A DNA stretch of 64,000 nucleotides from Selaginella moellendorffii (GCF_000143415.4 NW_003314307.1:832378-896377), one strand, 5' to 3'; positions 39,944-53,429 are shown, counted from the first letter of the stretch. Numbers and translations are program-made. Notes: a model not told the origin generated them from the letters alone.

Positions 39944-42900
39944 TGTGAGTGTATGGAATATAGAAAGAGAATACAAAAAATATGCATTAGCCCAAAAAAC
40001 CTGTTTATATATAGGAACAAGTGGTCTGGATTGAAACTAATCCGATGGCTACTAAAATCCCACTACACTAATATTAATATACAGCATCATAGCCGTACAC
40101 TTGGACTTAGACCTCACATCATCCCTCCTCTCGGAATAATGGAAGACCATTAGGGTTCTTTTGTAGATGGGCTGGGATCTAAAGGAATGTCAAGAGGAGG
40201 CATTGGCAGATCTGTAGGTGGTATTAATTGTTTCTGATCTTTTTATATGAAGCGTTTTAACCGTTGCATATACACAATTTTTGGAAGATTTGCCTATTGG
40301 ATGTCATGCCAAACCTCATAAACTTGTGGTCCAACTTGCCGCAACACTCAATATGGTCTTTTCCACTGAGCAAGGACCCCTTTAGATAAACCACATATTG
40401 TAAGATGGGGAAAATGGACTAACACTATGTCATTCACTTTGTACTCCGCATGCGGATGATGATAGGACTTATAGCATTATTGTTATCCCACTTGTATACG
40501 GCCTAAGTGTTTGGCAGACTTTACTCGAACAAGTGGAAGAATGCTCGTCAAATACTAATCCCACAACCTAGCATTAGTAGCTCGTGACAATTGCAAAGGT
40601 AAACCCAACTCTGTTGGTAACATTAGATCATGACCACATAAAAGTTTATATGATGAAGTAACAATAGAACTCTACACCCCTGTGACATATGCATACCAAA
40701 GAAAAGGTAAATAACCATCCCAATTCGAATGTTGAAAGTTCACGTACTTTGCAATCATCCCTTTAAACATCCAAACGAGCCGTTCCACCAAACCGTCTAA
40801 TTATGGATAATAAGCATTCGTGAAAGTGTGGCGTATCCCAAACTAAGATGTTAAAACATGAAATGCCTCAGATATAAATACGGGACCATTATCCGAAAGA
40901 ATCTGCTCTGGACAAGAATGCTAAAACACCACTCAATTGAGGAGGAAATATTCAATAGCAGTTGCAAAGGCGCTAGCAAGAGCACCAACTTCCACCTAAT
41001 GAGTCAAGTAGTCAAAAGCAATAATAACATACTCATTATCAATAATTGATTGTAGAAAAGATCTTATAAAATCAAACGCCACCAACTTAAACAAACGAGA
41101 AACTGCAATTGACTCCAATTGTCTTTCCAAGGCACGAGGGAGAGTATTATGGGCTTGGCACCAAATGTAGCTACACACATACCAGATAATGTTATGTTGC
41201 ATCTTCGGCTAATAGAAAGACTTGTGCAACTTTTCAATCACACAACGATATCCCATATGCTTGTCTAAAACAGGAGAATCATGGTAGGCATGGGGAAACT
41301 ATAAAATAAAGACAGAAGGCACCACCAGCCGTAAAGGATTATTAGGATTTGTCCCCACAAAATAAAGAAGGCCATCTTCAAGGCAACATTGAGAATGTAA
41401 ATGCCAGAATGGCAAGTTATCAACAAGTGATGCAAGATTCTCAAACCCATGTTAAAGCATTTGAATCCACAGCTCAATCTTTTGAGCCTTACGAACCTCA
41501 TCAAGAGAAGGTAAATCTTGTTCTACACCTTGTGGATATTGAATGTCAAGTACAGCAACTGCTGACGGCACAAAATCCTCGTCTATAAAATTCACAAATG
41601 TTGGAATAACAGGCTTGTTAGAAACATGAGAAGAAAGAGAAGAAGGAAGAAGAGCTCAAGAAAGGGCATCAGCATTAGCCATAGAATTCCCTAAGTGATG
41701 AACAACATCAAAATCAAATATCTGAAGCTTCAAAGCCCACCAAGCAGTATGATCAACCAGGTTCTTCCGCTTCAATAATGAAGTAACGGCAGCATGATCA
41801 CCTTCAAGTAACATCCGAGAACTACATAAATATGCATGAAGTTTCTTGAAACCCTACACTGCTGCTAAACACTCTTTCTCTATCATGGAGTAGTTCATCT
41901 TTGTTAGTTGTAATGTACGGCTTATATATACAATGGGATGGCACTGACCAAGCACACTTAAGTTCTTTTGTATCAACACACTTCTAAGACCAATATCAAA
42001 AACATCCATGCGCAAAATAAAAGGTCAAGTGTAGTCAGGATATGCCAAAACTAGAGGAGTTGTCAATATCTCTTTGAAATCCACATACGCTTGCTCACAA
42101 TCCGAAGACTAGATGAAAGATGACATTGATGACTTCAACAACACTCGCAATGGTGTAGTGCGATAAAAAAAATGATCCACAAAATGACCGAGATACTACA
42201 CCTTGCCCAGGAAGCGCTGCATCATTCACACACTTTGGAGTAGGGAACTTTAGGATAGCCACAAGTTTTTCATGATCAACTTGCAAACCCTCACGAGAAA
42301 TATGGTACCCAAGATAAGTCGTGTCTTTGGACCCAAACACACATTTCGACTGCTTCAGCTTTAAACCAACATCCCATAGTTGATCCAACACTTTACAAAC
42401 ATCATAAATGTGCTCCTCCCACGTCCCCTCCGAGTGGATCAAGACATCATCAATGAAGTCAGTAATTATCTCCAACATATCGCAAAGAACCTGATCATCC
42501 ATCATCCACTAAAAAGTTGCAAGAGCATTGTTCAAACCAAACGGCATCACCAAGAACTCGTACAAATCAAATAGTGTACAAAAAGTAGTTTTAGGAATAT
42601 TTTCTTCGGCCATTAGTACTTGCTAATAACTAAAAGTATGATCTAGCTTGGTGAACCAATAACTTCGCCCCAGACAATCCAAAAGATCAGCCATGGGGGG
42701 GACAAAAGAAATGGAAACAAAGGTAGAAGTAGAGGGACAAAGAGTACAGAAGTGAGAGGAATTGATAAAATATAAAGAAATATGAGATAAGGGGAAAAAG
42801 CCTCAAAGTCACACTTGGCATGATTGCGTTGCAATCAATCTATACCAAGGATGAAGTCAAAAGCTTGATTTGGCACCACCTGCAATGATTGCAACCCATG

Positions 42901-44537
42901 CTTGAGATCACCCACATGCATAACTAGGTCCACCTCATCCCGTGCACATGCATATGTATGGCCGTTGCTATAAACAATGAAAATTGGCTCCACTACATGA
43001 CGCAAGTGTAAATGGTAACATGTGGCAATAGGTCAAGCAATAGAAGATAAACTTGAACCTATATCAACCAACATAGAGAGAATAATAGGAGATTGCTTGT
43101 TATAAAAATAAGTTTGGAAAGTAAACACTGGATGAATTGGTGCTGAATGAACCTTTTGATGATACTTCCGAAAGAAATATGAAAGGGTCACTAACTTATT
43201 CATGTAAGGTCCCTCTATTACTTGTGTAACTCCTTGTTTCCCAAATGCATCTCAGTGTCCAAACCTTCTATTACAGCAGCACCAATAAGATGTTGTTGAT
43301 GCCAAGGTGTCCACTCAGGAAATGGTGGCCACCAATTTGGAAAACACCGACAACGCTGATAAGTGTGACCAACTTCATCACACGCCCAACAACAAATACT
43401 ACGGCCTCGCCCTTGTCCTTGGATTTGAACAGTAGCAGCATCAACTTCCATTGGAACAAGACCATCACCCATAGAAAGTGAAGCTGAAGGATGTGACGCG
43501 AGAAGTGGAAGAGGCGACGTTTTATAATGTTGTGCCAAGCGAAGAGCATTATCAAGGGTGGCGGGAGCAAGTGTATGCATAAGTCTGACAAAATCTTGAT
43601 GAAGTGCTGGCTACAATATTCCTAGCTTGATCCGCTTCAACATATTTGGCTCCGCACGAAGTAAGAGGCTTCGGAAACGAATGTTAAATTGCATCACCAA
43701 CTTAGATGGCCCTTGACAAAGACGATGCAATTGTTGGAAAGCATCATCACAATTGTCAGCATGTTCGAATGTGTGTTTAAAGACGTTCAAGAGAATATTC
43801 CAATCCCCACAAGTGGCTGCGTTTAAACCATTATGCCACTACAATGCCATCCCTTAGAGACATGTGGAAAACTCATGCAAACATCAAGCATCATCCCAAG
43901 AATGATATATGGCAATCACCGTGAAGTGATCGAACCAATGGTACACATCATCCCCAAGATTCCCGCAAAAAAACTCCGGCTGAATACAAGGATCAGCACT
44001 AAAAACAAAAGGAGTTGTACTACATGCCATGAATGCCGCCATCAACTGAGTTTGGTTGTTCAATTGCAATCGCATAACATCAAACAATTGTACCAACTAC
44101 TATTCCAGAGTTAAAAGAGGAGGAGATTGCTAATCTACCATGAAAATGAACGAAAAGGAAAAAGCAAAAAAAGAGAGATGAAAAAAGGCTAGAAAGAAAG
44201 GAAGATCTAGACAATGCAAAAAGCTAGATCTTGAAAGGAAAGAATAAAAGAAAGGAAATGAAAAAGTTAGATCTAGATGATGCAAAAGTTATATCTAAAC
44301 CAAAAATCCCAAATTTAAACACTCCTCAAGGACAATCAAAGATGCCCCTCATCTCCACCAATGTGAGTGCATTAAATATAAAAAGGGAATACAGAAAATG
44401 TGCATATTAATTAACCCAAAAACCCTAGTTTATATACAAGAGCAAGTGGTCTGGATTGAAACTAATCTAACAGCTACCAAAATCCCACTATGCTAATATT
44501 AATATACGGCATTGTAGCCGTACACTTGGACCTCACA
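39944..44537 (-). mobile_element. Ty3/Gypsy LTR retrotransposon, more complete copy
   Basis: 5' LTR 44362-44537; PBS 44343-44360; gag with a CWACDEVGHTYQRC knuckle; protease; RT (FIDDVLIHS, LKLKQSKCVF); RNase H; integrase; PPT 40119-40131; 3' LTR 39944-40118; TSD ATCT. Confidence 0.95.
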
Positions 44538-45431
44538 AGATCTAGATATTATTTAAATTACTATTTTGTTTAAAATACATGTTTGACACTAAAACATTAA
44601 TAAAATATTCTTTAGTGTACCAAAATATTTTTAAAATATTCTTAATGACTCCTTTTGTTGACTTGGCTCTGTTTATTACCAGATCCACTTGAAAGTACAT
44701 TAAGTTGTACATTCTTGAGGTCAATAGGAAGGCATTGATTTCCTTGTTACAACTTACAAGTTCTAAAGGCATTAGTTTGGTTTTTAAACAAGATCCAGGT
44801 AGGCAACATGCTTAGAATACAAGAAATGGAGAGAGGCCACCTTGAAACAAAATCCATCACCTAGTAAGCTTTTAATAATTAGTTTTTTTGAATTGATCAA
44901 GTATGCCCAATATCTCTATTTGTTTGTTCAGAGGCTATGAGAGACCAAAAGCAAATGCATTTAAACTTTGAAAGAATGTAAAGGTAACGTTTCCAATTTT
45001 GAAATTTTGTAAGAAAAAAAAGTTACTCATTTTAAAAGACTTTTAGCTATACAATTATGTAGCTAAATATGTTTACTAGCAAACTAAAATACCAAATAAT
45101 ATTAGTGTTTATACAATTTGATTGCTACTGAAGATCATATAATTGATTTACATTCTGTTGGTTTTACCAATTTCTTTACTCATCCTCTTGAATAACACTC
45201 TCTTTTCGTCCTCCCTTGTGAATACTATTACTATTATATAAGCATTAGTAACATTCTTCATGGTTGCCTGCAGATGCAGATGCTTGCCTATAGAAACTTG
45301 CTGGAGATGGTGGTCTTTCCAAAGCTCATCACTCAAAAGGCTCTTGAAATGCAACAAAAGATGCCAGAATCTCCAAGGATGAGTAATAGAATGGTGAAGA
45401 GAAAAGATTAGCATTTTTGTTTCTTTGCTAA

Positions 45432-45504
45432 GGGGATGTAGCTCAGATGGTAGAGCGCTCGCTTAGCATGTGAGAGGCACCGGGATCGATACCCAGCATC
45501 TCCA
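45432..45504 (+). tRNA. tRNA-Ala(AGC), best-preserved copy
   Basis: Cloverleaf with G3:U70, intact D arm, TTAGCAT anticodon loop and ATCGATA T loop; one C-A mismatch in the T stem; first T4 run about 32 nt downstream. Confidence 0.8.
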
Positions 45505-46094
45505 AATATGTTCAATTATTTGATCATTCCAGGCATTTTGAGCGATTTTACTGGTGTTGACCTTTGGGGGAGCTATGGATGGATGTTGCACCGTGAGACC
45601 ATCAAAACAGCAATGGATAGACATTTATTTTGTTTTTCTTTTTCCCACTTTTTTGCAAAAGGAAGTAGTTTGTGCACGCTGATGGCTTGTGTCTCCATGA
45701 GCTCCATGACTTGCATTCAATGAGTGCCAAGTTTTCAGAGGTTTGAAAAACACGTAAAAAAGTTTCATTCACTACTTTAGAATTAAATTGCCATCAAATT
45801 AAAATTGTTTTCACTTTTGGAAATATTTGTACCTAGAGCATTTCGTGATTGTGAGATTAAATCGCTATTCACATCTAGGTTTGGGCTCTTTGGCATGCTC
45901 AAGCCCGATGGCACCCTTGCTGACAATCCACAGCGTCACCAGCTCTCGAGTCCACTCGTTTTTTTTTTCACAAAGCCAAAAGTACCTCTTTATTTTTTCT
46001 AAGTCAAGGGTTAGGTTATAATCTTTCTCGCTTGGATTTTTCTATTGTAGAAGCTCTCGTCAGGTAAGCTGGCTCTCGCGCTCACACCGCCCCA

Positions 46095-46790
46095 ATGCTT
46101 GTCCGCCGAGCTCAAGCGCCCTGGCATGGCGGCCATCACCGAGCTTCACACCCGCGAGCTCCAGCTCTAGCTCCAGCACATCCAGCACACCACCATGGAC
46201 ACCAAGGCCACGAGCCAGCGCCAGCTTTAGCTCCAGTTCTTCAAGGTGATGCTCCAGATCGAGCCCCAGTGCCAGCTGCTTTCGTTCACCCTGCTCACGG
46301 CTACCCTGCTCATCTAGCTCCAGCGCCTGCTATCCTCGATCATGCTCGCCACCACCATCCAGCTCCAGCAGCAGCAGTGTACCATCATCATCACGGTGAT
46401 GGAGCTCCTCTGGTTGTTCACCACCATCACCATGGTCACCACCATGGTCACCACCATGGAGGACGCCACAACCACCACCACCACCACCACCACCATCGTC
46501 ACGACGGTCACAATGCAGCAGTGGCCACACCAACACCCGCAGCAGTAGTTACAGTGGTTCGGAGGACACCGTGGTCGCTGCTCCAGTTTCTTCTCTGGGT
46601 TTTGGTTGCGATCTTGGTGCTGCTCGCGTGCTTTTTGCTTGTGCGATGGATGTTATCTCGAAGGAAGCAGCGCAGTAATGTGATCTTTCAGGATCCCGGG
46701 TGGCAGATCGAAGTTGTGGTGGACGATCCTCCGACTGAGAAGAAACAGCTGGAAGCTCACACTCGTGGTTCGCACAGCATGGCACTCTAG
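46095..46790 (+). CDS. His/Ala/Pro-rich membrane protein, copy 5
   Basis: 231-aa ORF; first ATG lost; a 1-nt deletion near the 3' end shifts it into the HMA-like frame, ending at TAG. Confidence 0.55.
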   Translation: MLVRRAQAPWHGGHHRASHPRAPALAPAHPAHHHGHQGHEPAPALAPVLQGDAPDRAPVPAAFVHPAHGYPAHLAPAPAILDHARHHHPAPAAAVYHHHHGDGAPLVVHHHHHGHHHGHHHGGRHNHHHHHHHHRHDGHNAAVATPTPAAVVTVVRRTPWSLLQFLLWVLVAILVLLACFLLVRWMLSRRKQRSNVIFQDPGWQIEVVVDDPPTEKKQLEAHTRGSHSMAL

Positions 46791-47269
46791 GATTCTCCTC
46801 AAAGTGTCCTGCCAACACTGGCAGTGACGCGTAACTCAGCACAGTGCATGCGTTGTCACATGGAAGATTGTGTACAAACAATCTTCAAGGAGATGAAGTT
46901 GCAGAGCAAGAAGACAGCAGGCTCTTGCTCACGGACAGTGAAGATCACATAACCAGACTTGGAAGTTATTGCACAGCTGGCTCAGAACATGGACTGGAAA
47001 ATAGAGCAAGAACCTACCAAGTTTCGATTTGACTGAGCTATCCTCTAGAGTGACGGGGGAGCAGACGTCAGTGCACCTCCAAAGGCCAGAGAAGTTGCTT
47101 GAGACGAAAGGTTTGAGAAAAGGTAACGTAGTACTTTTGCTCTCTGTTCTTGCAGGCGCTCAAAGCTCAACTTCGATGAGAAGACGCAGTGCAGGGCATA
47201 GCAGCCAGATAAGTTTCTCCAGAGTTAAGCCGGGAATCAAGCAAGTGCACTTGTGAAAGTATGGTCGAA

Positions 47270-47850
47270 GTCTACACTGCGGCTTGCAACACAGGTTGTT
47301 CAACAGGATGGGACGAAGAACAGGATAGGTTGGTTTTCCTCGCAAATTGTGAATACAAAGCCGATGCATTCGTCACAAGCAGCCTCGTGGACATGTGGAA
47401 GCATCAGAAGTGTTCAGGAGGACAAATAACATGACGTTGGCTGCCTGGAACACGATCATCATGGGACAGCACGTCTTCTATCAGATGCAACGAGAAGCTG
47501 GCCTGCCTCCAAACGCTGAGACTTTGCATGGAGTAGCAAAACATCGTTTCCTGGGATACAACCTTTGCTCTTGAGTGCTATGAGCAAGCCAGCAGCCAAA
47601 CGCTCAGACTTTCATGGTGGCGCTCAAGGCACACAGCGACTTAGCAGAGAAGAGGCTCCACTCACAGATCTGGGAGCGAAATCTGGATGGAATCCACTAC
47701 TCAGCATGCTTGCTCAATGAGAGAAAAGCTTTTCTCGGGAGGTTGGTAAACTTTGCAAGGAATGCAAGGTTGATGGAGCCGTCCATGAAACCCAAACAAA
47801 GATGGTACCTGAAAAGACGCAAAAGGGTCTTAGCTGGCACACCATGGTGA
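47270..47850 (+). pseudogene. Decayed PPR fragment, module P
   Basis: Inverted copy of 26394-27000. Confidence 0.6.
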
Positions 47851-48178
47851 AGGATAAAAAATATGAGAGACAATACTTAATATCATTCATTGAGTATTTT
47901 AATTGATCAATGGTTATAAACATATTTATAATTTATGAGTCAAGATTAATATTATTCCATATCAATAGTAGAATAAACAAGAATACACTAGAAAGTGTTT
48001 AGGAAAGATTATAAATTATAAATAAAAATATTAATCTATGCGTCATTGACACACTATGTGCGAGCGAGTTTGTTTTCAGCATGCCTTTCAAGCCAGACTC
48101 GGTGGACCTGAGCTCGATTCATCAACTGTTGTAAGAGATCGAGTGGATCGATCTAAGAGTTTATCGAAGAGCTTTTAG

Positions 48179-48356
48179 TTACCGGTTGATCCATTCATTG
48201 GCACGGCCACCCGACTCGTCCACGGCTTTGCCAATGCGTGGCCTCTCCTGTTTTCTCGAGGCTGGAGCGAATCACTGTGGCTCCCCAGCACTGGAGAGCG
48301 TTGGCCACATCGTCCAAGTGTAGGAGATATTCTTCCTCACTCAGTGGAAACGATCT
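48179..48356 (-). pseudogene. Terminal exon of a DUF3067-like gene, degenerate
   Basis: RSFPLSEEEYLLHLDDVANALQCWGA...PRIGKAV..DESGGRANEWI recognised from memory; preceded by a ~55-nt GT-AG intron; frameshift and deletions. Confidence 0.75.
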
Positions 48357-48699
48357 CTGGAAGAAAAAATGTAATTGTTCAGGGTTTAAACTCAAATGTC
48401 GCAATGTTTCACCTTGAATGCTTCTAGAAGTTTCAGGGGAGAGGAGGAAGGTTAGACACTAGATCAAACTTCAAATTTAAATAAATGTTGTTTAGAATTG
48501 TGGCAAGATGAGACCTCTCCAATCTCAAGAGATTACATTCTTGTCATCATGTCCAGGATTTTATGAGAGTGATCAAAGAGTTTCAAATCACATTAATTTA
48601 TATATTTTTTAATTTGTGAACATGTTTATAATCTATAAAAACTTTCTATGATCCAGAACTAAAAGATAAAAAAGTCTAGCCTCCCTAGGCCTCATCTTG

Positions 48700-49970
48700 A
48701 GGTTCCTCACCCCGAGCTACCCAGTGCTACCTCTCCGAGTTTTTTAAGTAGGTTAAGTTACTTACCCTAGGTGAATTTTCCCAATGCACCCTTGAGCTTT
48801 CCTTTGACTTATGTTGACCATGTTGCCGAAGTTAACAATGCCTCACACATTGAAAAGGTGCCTTAAGAGCCTCCCTTCTAGTACAAAAAACTAACACTTT
48901 TATTATGAGTTGAGTTTGGACACAAAAAAAGCCTAGAAAGTTGGATAGGTGACCTCTGCTAGTGCCTGTGGCAAAGTCATCTATATAAATAGGAAGAGTG
49001 TGTAACATAAGGTCATGAAACATGAACATCATCAACTGCTAAAAGGTTGATAGAGTTCCAAAAGGGAGAACTTGATAAGAAAAAATTCCCCATGACATGT
49101 GAAAATAAGTCTTAAGCTGGTCCTCTTTTGCAATTTGAATTTGGTTATAACATGAAAACCCATCCATAAAACTGTGTACTTCCTTTCCTGCCATCACATC
49201 AAGAATAGTATATACACAGAGTCGGGACCTTGCTTACTTCTAAGTTTCCATTAGCTTTAAGTACTAGCACTCCAATTAGCAACCTCCACCAGCTAAATAT
49301 AGTTGAATTGAATCTCTTGCTTGATAAGAGGCTCAAGAAGATTGAACAAGATTGATCTGGTGAGCTGGTTGTTGAATCGGTATTGCATTAGTCTTGAGTA
49401 GAATATGGTGCATGATGACATCAGGATCTACACCTTTCAAGTCCTTATAACTCCACACAAACATGTCTAAAAACTCCTTGGATATAGCCTCCACAGATTT
49501 GTGCTTCTCAGAAACAACGATCTTCTATGTGCCTAGTAGAAACAAAAATTGGGGACTAATATGGCACTGAATACACCATTGGTTGCCAAGCCTGCATACT
49601 TGATAATACTGGAGCTGGTGGTGGTGGCCACTGAGGTGAATTGTGATAACTAGGAGGCACAGCAGTCTGATGGGAAACCACATCCTTGACCTCATGGTCT
49701 ATAGTAACTGTTCACATGATAAGCTAGAAAAAATTCCAGAGGCAAGCCATCCTGTTGGTAAATAGACGTTTTTGCAACTAGGTCTGAGACTGTTGAGGTA
49801 ACCACCAAGTTTATAGGAATGTGTTCCTATCCAAGTCATGTTGATGCCAATCAAGCTAGCAGCTTCTCTCTTTTGACCTTTGTTTATGGTAGTGAGAACA
49901 TCCTACATGCAAATTTTCAATTCCAAAGAGTGTCTGTAAAGACTGGCTAACAAATATCTTTCGATACCCA
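48700..49970 (-). mobile_element. Athila/Tat-type Gypsy fragment (RT at about 48830-49330)
   Basis: ILDVMAGKEVHSFMDGFSCYNQIQIAKEDQLKT...LPFG...IYIDDF; outer boundaries are approximate. Confidence 0.85.
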
Positions 49971-49979
49971 AAGTCATAT

Positions 49980-50510
49980 CTACAACAGAGTGACTAGATG
50001 GTGTGTGCAACCTAAAAGCATCAAAGGAGGGGAAGCTGAAGTACATTGCCAGTGATCCTCCAGCTTCCGCTCAAAGAGCCTGAAAGCTGAGGCTACATCT
50101 CCCTGGTGGTAGTAGCTGAAGATGATTGCATTCCAAGTTACAGCGTTGCGTCCCGCGCTGGCCATGGCCGCTGAGTTGAAAACTTCGCAAGATTCCACCA
50201 CGCAGCCACACCGTCCGTAGAAGCCCAGCAGAGAGTTCACAACGACCACCTCGGCTTCCATCTCGGCATGACAGATCTGCTGGTGGATGGCACTTCAAGT
50301 CTCCAGAGCCTTGGAGCTCCCACAGGCCTGGAGCACAGCAGTGTAAGTTGGAGTGTCGGGTACTAGGCCTTGGACTTGCTGCATCTGCGAGAAGAGATCC
50401 AGTGTAGTTGGTGATTGCTCCGCCTGGATGTATCCGAGCATCAGTGTTGTCCACGAGACAACATCGTGCCTCTCCATCCGGTCGAAAACTCTCCATGCAT
50501 CCACCTCTTT
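49980..50510 (-). pseudogene. PPR fragment, frameshifted copy of 12420-12970
   Basis: High similarity and same downstream flank (TATTCAAATATAGATTCTAGG); the Helitron hairpin is lost. Confidence 0.9.
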
Positions 50511-50572
50511 TTAAAATTCGTATTCAAATATAGATTCTAGGATATTTTAATAGCTAATAGTTGTTGTTCATT

Positions 50573-51720
50573 GCTATGGAGTTTCTTACTGGACACCACG
50601 AAGAAATGCGAGCTTAGGCAGCTAAAGCATCGACGAGCAGCATCAACGTGGCCGGATCGACTGCAAGCCAGCAAGATCGAGACAAAAGAGCTCTCATCTG
50701 GCCGTAAACCATCACAACTCATCGAGCTCAAGATCTGGAACGCTCTTTACGAGCAAAGGCTAGCGCTCTGGGATTGAGCGCAACAGGCCAGGAGAGAGTT
50801 CACACTGAGACGTCAGCCAAAACTAAGAATTCGCTCGTCTTTCTCGAAAGGTGGCGATGGCATTCTTTGCGAGAAAACGTAGAAGCCATGACACTCCACG
50901 CAACGAAGTTTCTCTCCGGCATGGAGTGAAAGATCGAGGCAGCGTTTCAAACGAATCCATTGCGCGCGTATCTGTTGAGCATAGCGGTCCAGGAAACCAA
51001 GCTCGCCTCCTCCATCGCCGGGAAGATCTCCTCGGCCTTGGACAGATGCCCGTTTTGGGCATACGCTGCGAGCATCGCTGTGCAGGCGATGAGATTCCAC
51101 TCGGCCATGGCACGAAAGAAGAAATCCTCGGCGCTCGCCAGATCTGAATCTTGGATGTAAGCCGAGAGCATCTAATTCCAGGAAGAATCGATCTTGGCGG
51201 GCATGGAATCAAATAGCTTTCTCGCTTCGACGGCATGCCCGCGCTGGGCATACACGGTGATCATCGCGTTCCAACACACCTCGTCCCGGACGGGGGTAGA
51301 ATCAAAGAGAAACCGCGCCGATTCCAAATCCCCGAGGCCCGAGCGAGCGTGTGGATCATGGTAGTGATCGTGATGGCGTCGTGCTCCGGCATGGCGGCGA
51401 AGAGGATACGTACGCGGCACAGATGCCCTCTCTTGGCATACGCGTCCAGCATCGCATTGCAAGAGACGAGGTCGCGGTTGGGCATCTGGGCGAAGAAGAG
51501 CTCTGCCACTTTGATCGCCTCTTCTCCCTCCATTTCCCCTGCCACCAAGAATGCCGAGAGCATTGTGTAAGGAGACGAGGCTCCTCTCGGGCATGGAATC
51601 GAAATGGGATTTGGTAGCAGCCAAATGCCTAGCTGTGGCATATGCGGCAAGCATTCCATTCCACGCAATCAAATCCCACTCTGGCATTGATTGAAAGACT
51701 ATCTGGGCTTGATTGATTAA
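50573..51720 (-). pseudogene. PLS-class PPR pseudogene rich in short (S-type) motifs
   Basis: MPEWDLIAWNGMLAAYA, MPNRDLVSCNAMLDAYAKRG, RDEVCWNAMITVYAQRG, PDESSFVSILLACSRSG; several frameshifts. Confidence 0.9.
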
Positions 51721-52429
51721 TTTTTTTTCGGGCGAGATTGCACACATGAAGTCATATCCATTTTTCCCGTGCATAAATTTTATAAATTGTACATGTGGGA
51801 CAACAATGCATTATAAATCTCTTCGGTATATAAAAATGTCAGAGAGCAAGACGAAAATTTAAATAAAAAACAATTACCATTAGTCTAGCAAACAATTTTC
51901 GCTAAGTTACAGGCAGGGTAAATTCATCTTATTGAGACCTAAAGTAAGCTTTGGCTTGCAAAAGACTCAAGCACTTAGTCTGCAATTATATAAAAGACCA
52001 ATCACCATAGATCTCATATTGTCTCGGCATATATAACGTAATTGTCTTTAATATTTGACCATGATGTGCCACCTAAGATCCTTTTGCTTGTTTTCACGAA
52101 CCATCTTTGTTTGGGTTTGGTTGACAGCTCTGTCAACCTTGTATTACACTATTTCTTCATTTTTCTCGAAAATTTTACTGGAGAAAACCTTTTCTCTCAT
52201 TTTTTATTAAGTTCTTCATATCCATAAAATTGGCCTTCAGTGATAGTTTTGACGCAGCACTCCTAGTTCTCAGGCAACTCCCAAACACCTAAATTGGAAG
52301 TATGATAAATACCTTCCAAGGTGAGATGTGCAAAAGACCTAATACCTTCTCCACATTAAAATTGCATCTTGTGAAAACAAAAAAGCTATGAACTAGTGAA
52401 AAAAACTTAGAGTACTTGTGAACATCAGT

Positions 52430-53010
52430 TCTCAGATGCTTCGTAAGGTGCTCTCCAATTACTCCAAATGAGTAGTGCAAGAAGAAGTGTGTCATCGTGA
52501 CAGTGACACTAGAGTACTTCTGAACTTGGGGTGGAAAACTTCTTGAGCGGCAGGCATGTCTCCACACTGAGCGAGCATGTGAGTATGGATTCCGCTCTCC
52601 CAGATCTGCAAGTGGGGCTATTCTCTGCTAAGTCGCCACGTGCCTTGAGCGCCACCATGAAAAGTTTGAGCGTTTGGCTGCCGGTTTGCTCATAGCACTC
52701 AAGAGCAAAGGTTGTTCTTGGCATATCCCAGGAAACGATGTTTTGCTGCTCCATGCAAAGTCTCAGCGTTTGGAGGCAGGCCAGCTTCTCATTGCATCTG
52801 ATAGAAGACGTGCATGTTCGTGTTCCAGGCAACCAACGTCATGTTTCTTTGTCCTCCTGAACACTTCTGATGGTTCCACAGTCCACGAGGCTGCTTGGGA
52901 CGAATACATACGGCTTTGTATTCACAATTTGCGAGGTAGACCAACCTATCCTGTTCTTCGTCCCATCCTGTTGAACAACCTGTGTTGCAAGCCGCAGTGT
53001 AGACTTCGAC
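52430..53010 (-). pseudogene. Decayed PPR fragment, module P
   Basis: Closely matches 2080-2645. Confidence 0.6.
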
Positions 53011-53429
53011 CATACTTTCACAATTGCACTTCCTTGATTACCGGCTTGACTCTGGAGAAACTTATCTGGCTGCTATGCCCTGCACTGCTTCTTCTCATCA
53101 AAATTGAGATTTGAGCGCCTGCAAGAACAGAGAGCAAAAGTAGTACGTTACCTTTTCCCAAACCTTTCGTCTCAAGCAACTTCTCTGGCCTTTGGATGTG
53201 CACTAACGTCCGCCTCTAGAGCATAGCTCAGTCAAATCGAAACTTGGTAGGTTCTTGCTCTATTTTCCAGTCCATGTTCCAAGCCAGCTGTGCAATAACT
53301 TCCAAGTCTGGTTATGTGATCTTCACTGTCCGTGAGCAAGAGCCTGCTGTCTTCTTGCTCTGCAACTTCATCTCCTTGAAGATTGTTTGTACACAATCTT
53401 CCATGTGACAACGCATGCACTGTGCTGAG

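Larger units (their letters stand above)
35280..47030. repeat. Right arm of a ~12-kb inverted segmental duplication of ~17780-29590
   Basis: Same module order reversed: D, His-rich ORF, B, Gypsy, C, tRNA, His-rich ORF. Confidence 0.85.

Noticed and set aside
45432-45800. tRNA-derived SINE
   Set aside because: Upstream flanks are shared among copies and there is no TSD or poly-A tail; the copies arose by segmental duplication.
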